Of a DNA stretch of 49,865 nt, positions 1-6,947 are shown piece after piece. Under the pieces are notes generated by a model, which was given only the letters and a program-made list of their open reading frames with translations, ran no database searches and had not been told where the DNA came from. The translations under genes and the position numbers were made by a program. Each line of letters opens with the position of its first letter. Positions within the stretch are counted from its first letter, which is position 1. The DNA comes from an uncultured Planctomycetaceae bacterium (lineage in GTDB: Bacteria > Planctomycetota > Phycisphaerae > SM23-33): NCBI GenBank assembly GCA_964564285.1, contig CAZMBZ010000002.1, positions 1 through 49,865 on the forward strand, written 5' to 3'.

Positions 1-115
1 CTTCGCCAGCGATTCAACCTTGTTGGAGGCCCGGCGGCGCTGGCTTCGGCGAGGTCTGTCTGACCCGATCGTGACCCGCCCGCATACGTCAGTTCCGGCC
101 CGCGTGGGCTTAACA

Positions 116-144
116 TTGACTTGTCGCGGCGGAGAGTCTATACA
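116..144 (+). promoter_or_regulatory. Candidate sigma70-type promoter upstream of the ACP operon
   Basis: TTGACT (116-121), 17-nt spacer, TATACA (139-144), about 75 nt upstream of the ACP ATG at 220. Pattern match only. Confidence 0.3.
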
Positions 145-219
145 TGTAGGCCCTTACGCGTTGTTGGCCACAAGGGAATATATTTTGGTATCGAATGGCA
201 CAACAGGAGAATACAGGCA

Positions 220-609
220 ATGCCGATGAGCGAAGATGAAGTCTTTGAGAAGGTAAAAGAGACGCTGGTGGATGCCCTTGGCGTGGATGATGATGAGGTG
301 ACGGCCGAGGCAACGCTGACGGGCGACCTTGGGGCGGAGTCCATTGACTTCCTGGACATCGTCTTTCGTCTCGAGAAGACCTTCGATATCAAGATCCCTC
401 GTGGCGAGCTTTTCCCCGATGGCATTTTCAACAACCCCGAGTTTGTTCAGGACGGCAAGTTGACGGCTGCGGGATTGGCCCAACTCAAGAGTTCCATGCC
501 GCACGTGGACTTCACTGAGTTTGAGCAGGACCCGGACATCAACAAGATGGCTTCGTTGTTCAAAGTCCAGACTATCGTCAGCTACGTAACGACGAAGGTC
601 GGCGCCTGA
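220..609 (+). CDS. Acyl carrier protein, atypically long (129 aa)
   Basis: Start refined to ATG 220 (AGGAGA at 205-210) inside ORF 121..609. Has the ACP helix II motif LTGDLGAESIDFLDIVF, with the phosphopantetheine Ser at codon 340-342 (ESID in place of DSLD). The C-terminal helix-IV-like VQTIVSYV comes only after an extra ~45 aa. Confidence 0.8.
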   Translation: MPMSEDEVFEKVKETLVDALGVDDDEVTAEATLTGDLGAESIDFLDIVFRLEKTFDIKIPRGELFPDGIFNNPEFVQDGKLTAAGLAQLKSSMPHVDFTEFEQDPDINKMASLFKVQTIVSYVTTKVGA

Positions 610-682
610 GCCCTGGCCGCGGCGTTGAAGTACATTTGGCATGAGTATTTGCGTGGGCTTCGGCCGCCCGGTGGAGTATGAC

Positions 683-1159
683 ATGCGTTGGATCTGGATC
701 GATCGGTTCCTTGAATTCATTCCCGGCAAACTGGCCGTGGCGGTGAAGAACGTTTCTCTGGCCGAGGAGCACCTTCACGACCATTGGGAGGCGTATCCCG
801 TCATGCCAGTCAGCCTGATGATTGAAGGCATGGCCCAGACTGCGGGTATACTCGTCGGGCAGGCTCGCGACTTCAAAGAGAAGGTCATTCTGGCCAAGGT
901 CGCCAAGGCTGAGCTTACGGACGTGGTCCTTCCGGGCGACCAGATCACTTACCGCGTTGAGGTCGATAATATCGCACCGGAGGCCGCCAGCACCAAAGGT
1001 ACGGTGCTTCGCAACGGCGAGGAGATCGGGCGGATCAACCTGATGTTCTCGCACATCGACCAGAACCTCGGCGGGATGGAATTCCCCGAGGAGAACTTCG
1101 TGTTCACCGGTCAGTTCGAGCGTTTGGTGGCGCCGTTTTTGGAGGGTCCCGATGCCTGA
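683..1159 (+). CDS. FabZ/FabA-like hotdog-fold 3-hydroxyacyl-ACP dehydratase
   Basis: Start refined to ATG 683 (GGAG at 673-676). The motif HDHWEAYPVMPVSLMIEGMAQTAG matches the FabZ catalytic His/Glu signature (GHFP..PVMPGVL..EAxAQ). Overlaps the next gene by 8 nt. Confidence 0.75.
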   Translation: MRWIWIDRFLEFIPGKLAVAVKNVSLAEEHLHDHWEAYPVMPVSLMIEGMAQTAGILVGQARDFKEKVILAKVAKAELTDVVLPGDQITYRVEVDNIAPEAASTKGTVLRNGEEIGRINLMFSHIDQNLGGMEFPEENFVFTGQFERLVAPFLEGPDA

Positions 1160-2471
1160 GCGTCGCGTGGTTATTACCGGCCTGGGCGTCGTGAGCCCCG
1201 CAGGGGTCGGCATGGAAGCTCTATGGGAAGGCCTGCTTGCCGGACGGAGTTTCACGCGGAAGATTACCGCTTTCGACGCAAGCACCTTTCCAACGGATAT
1301 CGGCGGGAGCGTCGAGGATTTCTCCGCCCGCAAATTTGTTCCCAAGAGTTACCGCAAGAGCGTCAAGATCATGGCTCGCGATATCGAGTTGGCCGTGGGG
1401 GCGGCGGACCTGGCGTTTCGCGATGCGGGGATCGTGACGGCCTCCAGCGGCGAGGATGCCGAGCGGACGATTGAATCTGGCCGGCTCGGCTGCAATATCG
1501 GCGCGGGGCTCATCTGCTCTGATCTCGACGAACTGGGCATTGCCCTGGAAACCAGCTTGGACGACGAGGGCAAGTTTTCCCTGGCCAAGTGGGGCGAAGG
1601 CGGCATGAGCAACCTCACACCGCTATGGCTTCTGAAGTATCTCCCGAACATGCTGGCCTGTCACGTGACGATCGTTCACGGTGCGAAGGGCCCGAGCAAC
1701 ACGATAACCTGCGGCGACGCCTCGGCCCACCTGGCCATCGGAGAGGCGACTCGCCTGGTCGAGCGAGGCGGGGCCGACGCGGCAATCGCGGGCGGTGCCG
1801 AGTGCAAGCTCAACCCCATGGGCCTGCTCCGCCAGAGCTTGCTCAAGCGTCTATGCGCGACCTGGCAGGGCGACGCGTCCGAGGCGTGTCGGCCTTTCGA
1901 TGTCCAACATGCCGGCACGGTGATAGGCGAAGGTGGCGGGCTCCTGATAGTCGAGGCGATGGATAGCGCCAAGGGTCGCGACGCGCGGATGTACGCCGAG
2001 GTTGTCGGCTTTGCCAGCGCGTGCGATCCCAATGGCATCGAGGTGATCGAGCCCACCGCCGGCGGGCTTGGCCAGGCCGTGCGGGCAGCCATGAGGGACG
2101 CGAAGATAGGTCCCGAACAGGTCGGACTGATTGTCACCCACGGAACGGGCGTTCCGGGCGAGGATGTTTGCGAGACTGCCGAGTGGCGGTCGGTGCTCGG
2201 CGACTTTGCCGACCGCGTCCCCGCAGTGGCAGTCACCGGCTCGCAGGGCTCGCTGTTCGCCGGCGCCGGCGGAGTCGAGCTTGCGGTGGCAGCCAAGGCT
2301 TTGCACACCCAGACAATCCCGCCGACGGTGAATTTCACCTCGGCCGCTCCCGATTGCGGATTGAACCTCAGTTCGGAGGCGCGATCGGGCGATTTTGAGT
2401 ATGCCGTCAGTGCCGCCTTCAGCGTTGGCGGACAGAGTGGAGCCTGTGTCTTGAGGCGGATCGAGCCATGA
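1152..2471 (+). CDS. Beta-ketoacyl synthase-like protein lacking a canonical active site (chain-length-factor/KS-beta-like partner)
   Basis: Thiolase-fold KAS I/II architecture (VVITGLGVVSP..., GPSNTITCGDASAHLAIGEA, VTHGTGVPGED, GSLFAGAGGVE). In a gapless alignment to the downstream KS, Asp189 (nt 1716-1718) sits at the catalytic Cys position. The second catalytic His is Ser (GSL instead of GHL) and the conserved Lys is Thr. GGAGGG RBS at 1141-1146. Confidence 0.8.
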   Translation: MPERRVVITGLGVVSPAGVGMEALWEGLLAGRSFTRKITAFDASTFPTDIGGSVEDFSARKFVPKSYRKSVKIMARDIELAVGAADLAFRDAGIVTASSGEDAERTIESGRLGCNIGAGLICSDLDELGIALETSLDDEGKFSLAKWGEGGMSNLTPLWLLKYLPNMLACHVTIVHGAKGPSNTITCGDASAHLAIGEATRLVERGGADAAIAGGAECKLNPMGLLRQSLLKRLCATWQGDASEACRPFDVQHAGTVIGEGGGLLIVEAMDSAKGRDARMYAEVVGFASACDPNGIEVIEPTAGGLGQAVRAAMRDAKIGPEQVGLIVTHGTGVPGEDVCETAEWRSVLGDFADRVPAVAVTGSQGSLFAGAGGVELAVAAKALHTQTIPPTVNFTSAAPDCGLNLSSEARSGDFEYAVSAAFSVGGQSGACVLRRIEP

Positions 2472-3766
2472 ACCCCAGACGAGTAGTAGTAACGGGAATG
2501 GGAACGGTCAATCCTCTCGGCCATGACGTCGAGTCGACTTGGCAGGCGATGCTGGCGGGCAAGTCGGGCATTGCGGCGACTTCCAACTTCGACGCCCACA
2601 CGTTCCCAACGCAGTTTTCGGGGGAGGTCAAGGGCTACGATTTTGCCACGCAAGTTCCGAACCCCGACCGTCACGTTCACGCGGGGCGGCATTGCCGGTT
2701 CGCTCTGGGCGCGGCCGTGCAGGCCTGGAAGCAGTCTGGCCTGTACGATTACGCTGACCTGGACCGCACCCGGCTGGGGATATACCTCGGCAGTGGCGAG
2801 GGCAGTATCGACTTCGACAATTTCACCGGCACGATCGTCGATTCTTGGCGTGACGGCAAGGTGGACACTCGTCGCTGGGCGGAGTTGGCGTTCCAGCGGA
2901 TGGAGCTTTACCGCGAGGCCGAGCAGGAATCGAACATGGTGGTGGCGCACCTGGCGGCGGAGTTCGGCGTTCGCGGCCCGGCGTTCAATGTGTTGACTGC
3001 CTGTGCGGCCAGCACTCAGGCCATCGGCGAGGCGGTTTTTCAGGTCCGTCGCGGCGACGCCGACGTGATCATCACCGGCGGCGCCCACAGCATGATCCAC
3101 CCGTACGGTGTGACGGGCTTCATCCGTTTGACGGCCTTGTCCAGCCGCAACGATAGCATTCCCACGTCAAGTCGGCCTTTCGACCAGACCCGCGACGGCT
3201 TTGTCGTTGGCGAGGGATCGAGCATACTTGTGATCGAGACGCTCGAGCACGCCCGCAAGCGAGGCGCCAAGGTGCTGGGCGAGATCGTCGGTTATGGCAG
3301 CAGCGCCGACGCCTTTCGGGTTACCGACCAGGACCACGACGGGGCCGGGGCGGCTGCGTCTATGCGAGCGGCCCTGGATGATGGGGGCGTAAAGCCTTCC
3401 GAGATCGACTACATCTCCGCCCACGGCACGGGCACCAAGCAGAACGATCAGATCGAGACGCTGGCGGTAAAGAGCGTCTTCGGCGATTTGGCCTACAAGG
3501 TGCCTGTTTCCAGCGTCAAGGGCATGCTCGGGCACCTTATAGCCGCAGCCGGGGCCACCGAGTTGATAACCTGCATTCTGGCCATTCGCGACCAGGTGGT
3601 CCCCCCGACGGTCAACCTTAATCACCCGGACCCGGACTGCGACTTGGACTACGTGCCCAATGTCGCGCGAAAGGTCGCTGTTCGCACGTGCATGAGCAAT
3701 AGTTTCGGCTTCGGCGGGCAGAACAACACGCTGATCCTCGTCGGCGATCGAGATGCAGGCAAGTAG
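2468..3766 (+). CDS. Beta-ketoacyl-ACP synthase II-like (FabF family), catalytically intact
   Basis: Motifs RVVVTGMGTVNPLG, GPAFNVLTACAASTQAIGEA (active-site Cys), SAHGTGTKQND (His) and VKGMLGHLIAAAG (Lys/His). The start ATG overlaps the upstream stop as ATGA (2468-2471). Confidence 0.9.
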   Translation: MNPRRVVVTGMGTVNPLGHDVESTWQAMLAGKSGIAATSNFDAHTFPTQFSGEVKGYDFATQVPNPDRHVHAGRHCRFALGAAVQAWKQSGLYDYADLDRTRLGIYLGSGEGSIDFDNFTGTIVDSWRDGKVDTRRWAELAFQRMELYREAEQESNMVVAHLAAEFGVRGPAFNVLTACAASTQAIGEAVFQVRRGDADVIITGGAHSMIHPYGVTGFIRLTALSSRNDSIPTSSRPFDQTRDGFVVGEGSSILVIETLEHARKRGAKVLGEIVGYGSSADAFRVTDQDHDGAGAAASMRAALDDGGVKPSEIDYISAHGTGTKQNDQIETLAVKSVFGDLAYKVPVSSVKGMLGHLIAAAGATELITCILAIRDQVVPPTVNLNHPDPDCDLDYVPNVARKVAVRTCMSNSFGFGGQNNTLILVGDRDAGK

Positions 3767-3973
3767 TTAAAGCACAAGCGCAGGCGAAGGAAAGGCCATG
3801 TCCTGGGTTTCCTGAGCCAGAGCGTCGCCAGCCTCTGGCCGGCATGCAGGTTGCTTTAATCAATTGATCGAGAATTTTTGCGTTTGGTTCAGGCCGCGGG
3901 GAAGTGGAAATATTCTTCCGGCTGCAACGACATATCTTTGGGGCTTGGCGTTTTGTGGCTCATGGAGAGATCT

Positions 3974-4561
3974 ATGCCGATGATAACCTGTCCTAATTGC
4001 GGGACGCAGCTTAACGCACCTGACAGCCTTGTTGGCCAGCAGGTCACTTGTGGCAAGTGCAGATGTTTGTTTGTGGCGCACTCTCAGGCCTCGCCCTCGG
4101 GTTTACCGGCAGGGACACCGGCTTCGCCGGTATCGAATGCCGCTCCTGGCGGTGTGGCTCCGCCGGCGCCTGATACTGCCCCGGCCGGTACTGCTTCGCC
4201 GGAAAGCCATTCGCCGGCAGCGCCTCCTGTGGCGGTGGGGCCTATGGGGTATCAGCCGGCAGGGGCGTACTACCAGTCAATGCCTCTTCCCACAAGCGGT
4301 TACGCGGTGGCCTCGCTGGTGCTGGGTATTGCCTCGCTTGTCTTGTGCATATTCTATGGCTTGCCTGCGCTTATCTGCGGGCCGCTGGCGCTGGTTTTCA
4401 GCAACATGGCTGGCAAGGACATCCGGGCTGGAAGGGTGAACCCGTCGTCGGCAGGGCTGGCCAAAGCAGGCAAGATATGCGGGCTTATCGGCCTGTTTCT
4501 GGGAATCCTGGCTGTACTGACAGTCGTGCTCTTTATCGTCTTCGCTATCTCTCAGCACTGA
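3974..4561 (+). CDS. Zinc-ribbon / Pro-rich linker / DUF4190-like two-TM membrane protein (paralog 1)
   Basis: Start chosen at ATG 3974 (GGAGAG at 3964-3969); 3962 or 3980 are also possible. N-terminus MPMITCPNCGTQLNAPDSLVGQQVTCGKCRCLF has CxxC...CxxC. A P/A/S-rich linker follows. The C-terminus has two hydrophobic helices flanking a short loop (VLGIASLVLC...ICGLIGLFLGILAV). Confidence 0.7.
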   Translation: MPMITCPNCGTQLNAPDSLVGQQVTCGKCRCLFVAHSQASPSGLPAGTPASPVSNAAPGGVAPPAPDTAPAGTASPESHSPAAPPVAVGPMGYQPAGAYYQSMPLPTSGYAVASLVLGIASLVLCIFYGLPALICGPLALVFSNMAGKDIRAGRVNPSSAGLAKAGKICGLIGLFLGILAVLTVVLFIVFAISQH

Positions 4562-4704
4562 GTTGCCCGCGGGGCTGCGCCGGCGAGCCGGTGCAGGGGC
4601 CTTGTCGCGGAGTATTTGTTGGGCTATGATACGACCACCTCGATGGAGTGGCCCAAATCGCCAAACCGTCGTTGTTTACTCGTCGGAGTCTTCAGGAGCG
4701 TTTC

Positions 4705-5475
4705 ATGCCGGTAATTGCCTGTCCGCATTGCGGGACCAAGTTGAACGGCCCGGACTCCGTCCTGGGTAAAGAGGTAGTCTGCGGACAGTGCCGACAGCGT
4801 TTCGTCGCGGCCGAGGTGCAACCATTCGGCAGTCAGCACGCCCAGCCAGCCCAGACGCAAGAGTCGCAGGATTCCGGCCTGGACTCCATGGAGTCGTTGA
4901 CGCCGGATCCGGTCCAGACGCCCAGCCCCGACCCGCATGCCCAGCCTCAGTCCCAGGTTCCGCCTCAGCCGCCCCAGCCTGCGCAAGGGCAGGAGCCCAG
5001 GCCGGCTGAACCGTCGGCCCCGCCGCTATCGTCCGCGACTTCGCGGTCGCCCCTGCCGTCATCCGGCGGTTCGCCTCCTCCGCTTGGGGCAACCCAGGCG
5101 CCTCCTCCTCCTCCGCCCGCGAGCCCCTACGGTCCGCCACCGGTGGAGGGCGGACCCTACATGCAGGCTGGAACGCTGCCGCCGGCTTCGGGTGCCGGAT
5201 CGGCGATGGTGCTGGGGATAATCTCGATTATCGGAGGCGTGTTTTCCTGCTGTTGCCTTGGGCCGGTGGGCATTATTTGTGGCATACTGGCCATCAACTT
5301 TGGCGGCAAGGCTATGGGGGAGATCGACGCCGGCCTGGCCGACCCAGCCGATCGCGGCAAGGCCAGCGCGGGCAGGGTCTGCGGAATTATCGGTCTTATC
5401 CTGGGCATATTAGGCACCATCTGGATTGCTATCAGCATTGCCAGCGGCGGGATCGACAGTGGCTTCAACTTCTAG
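4705..5475 (+). CDS. Zinc-ribbon / Pro-rich linker / DUF4190-like two-TM membrane protein (paralog 2)
   Basis: Start refined to ATG 4705 (AGGAG at 4694-4698). MPVIACPHCGTKLNGPDSVLGKEVVCGQCRQRF is followed by a longer P/Q/S-rich linker, then VLGIISIIGG...VCGIIGLILGILG. Same architecture as the upstream gene. Confidence 0.7.
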   Translation: MPVIACPHCGTKLNGPDSVLGKEVVCGQCRQRFVAAEVQPFGSQHAQPAQTQESQDSGLDSMESLTPDPVQTPSPDPHAQPQSQVPPQPPQPAQGQEPRPAEPSAPPLSSATSRSPLPSSGGSPPPLGATQAPPPPPPASPYGPPPVEGGPYMQAGTLPPASGAGSAMVLGIISIIGGVFSCCCLGPVGIICGILAINFGGKAMGEIDAGLADPADRGKASAGRVCGIIGLILGILGTIWIAISIASGGIDSGFNF

Positions 5476-5598
5476 GTTGCCTGCCTCGGGCTGACAACAG
5501 GCGGGATGTTGGCTTGATTTATCCCCGCCCTGGGGTGTATACGTGCCCTGTCCTGGCGGACGGCCTATCCGTGCCGTTCCCGCCGACTTGAGGTAAGG

Positions 5599-6669
5599 AT
5601 GCAGAACGGTTTGAACATAGTTGCAGGCATATTCTCGCCGGAATCCTGGCTCCGCCAGAACTGGGCGGCCATCGCTATTGCGCTGACGTGTTTGAGCCTC
5701 GTGATTTTCCTGGTGCTCTGGCTGGCCAAGTTCGTGCGGATTTCCCTGAACATTTTCTGCGATACGCCTCCTCCGCTTTCGATGGGTCCGGTGGACTTCC
5801 AGCGCCTCGCCGGCGAGGAGATGCGGTTTCGCAGTTTCGACGGGTCCAGCCTGCGAGGCATGATGCTGCGTACTCGCGACCGAAGCCAGTACCGTGGGAC
5901 GATAGTCTTCTGCCACGAGTACGGGTCGGACATGCACAGTTGCGCCAGGTATGCTCGCCCGCTGATCGAGACGGGCTTCGACGTGTTCACCTTCGACTTC
6001 CGCGCCCATGGCGAGAGCAGCAACTGGGGCAAGTATCGCCCGCTCCAGTGGCCCAGCGATAAGGAAATGGAGGATGTGCTGGGCGCGTGTGCGTACGTCG
6101 AGAGCTGCCTGGCCGCCGAGGGCCTGCCCGTACACATCGGAGTGTTCGGTATCAGTCGGGGCGCCGGGGCGGCGCTGCTGGCGGCATCGAGTGATTCGTA
6201 CATAAAGGCTATCGTCTGCGACGGGGCCTTCAGCACCGAAACCACACTGGTGGCGCTGATGAAACGCTGGGCGCATATCTTCGCGAGAAGCAAACTGGTC
6301 TACGAAAATCAGACAGACTCTTTCTGGCGGACGCTGCTGTGGCTGCTGATGAGGTTTGCCCAGCCCAAAATGGGTTGCAGATACCTCTCGGTCCGCAAGG
6401 CCCTCAAGGATATGCAGCCCAGGCCGATCTTCTTCATCCACGGCGAGAAGGACAGTTACATCCGCGTAGACCAGACGCAATTGCTCTACGATGTCGCGCC
6501 CGAGCCCAAGTACAAATGGATCGTCTCCGGCGCAAAGCACAACCAGTCGGTTATCCTCGAACCGCGCCAGTACGCGTCCCGAACGATCGCTTTCTTCAAG
6601 CGACACCTCGCTGATGAGGAAGTGGTCGTCGAGCAGATCACCGACCCTGTAGAAGTGGAAGTCGCTTGA
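5599..6669 (+). CDS. Membrane-anchored alpha/beta-fold hydrolase (Ser-Asp-His)
   Basis: GAGGTAAGG RBS before ATG 5599. N-terminal TM (WAAIAIALTCLSLVIFLVLWLA), nucleophile elbow GISRG, HGEKDSY (Asp) and GAKHNQ (His) in the usual order. Confidence 0.7.
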   Translation: MQNGLNIVAGIFSPESWLRQNWAAIAIALTCLSLVIFLVLWLAKFVRISLNIFCDTPPPLSMGPVDFQRLAGEEMRFRSFDGSSLRGMMLRTRDRSQYRGTIVFCHEYGSDMHSCARYARPLIETGFDVFTFDFRAHGESSNWGKYRPLQWPSDKEMEDVLGACAYVESCLAAEGLPVHIGVFGISRGAGAALLAASSDSYIKAIVCDGAFSTETTLVALMKRWAHIFARSKLVYENQTDSFWRTLLWLLMRFAQPKMGCRYLSVRKALKDMQPRPIFFIHGEKDSYIRVDQTQLLYDVAPEPKYKWIVSGAKHNQSVILEPRQYASRTIAFFKRHLADEEVVVEQITDPVEVEVA

Positions 6670-6681
6670 AACATAGAAGGA

Positions 6682-6937
6682 AGGTAGTAGGTAATAGGTA
6701 GTAGTGTCCCGTATCCTGTGTCCTGTTCTGGAATAGTTTGTCACTCTGAGAGTGGGATTGGCGACTATTTCAGGAGTCAGGTATGAAGTCCAGAATTTGC
6801 CCTGCCGGCAGGTAGCAGTCCCTGGGAGCCAGCGCAGTATCGCTATCGTTCTCGGGCGGATCGAGGGCTCGCGCAGGACCTTGTTGATCAGCATACCGTC
6901 CTACTACGCTGCTCCTACTACCTATTACCTACTACCT
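6682..6937. repeat. Perfect 23-bp inverted repeat (arms 6682-6704 and 6915-6937) enclosing 210 nt
   Basis: The left arm is AGGTAGTAGGTAATAGGTAGTAG. The right arm is its exact reverse complement, CTACTACCTATTACCTACTACCT. Each arm has two stop codons in each of three frames. The arms are AT-rich in a GC-rich intergenic gap. Confidence 0.9.
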
Positions 6938-6947
6938 GCTTTTGCCT

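Noticed and set aside
4080-5160. The proline-rich coding stretches of the two zinc-ribbon genes, considered as possible DNA tandem repeats or a repeat array.
   Set aside because: They are compositionally biased (CCG/CCT/GCC-rich), but I could not find a regular repeat unit at the DNA level. They read as low-complexity linkers within ORFs bounded by recognisable domains.
6682-6937. Reading the inverted-repeat-bounded 256-bp segment as a MITE or transposon remnant.
   Set aside because: I found no direct target-site duplication flanking the arms (left flank ...GAAGGA, right flank GCTTTT...). There is no transposase, and I saw no second copy in this window. It is kept as an open alternative in the finding, not called as a mobile element.
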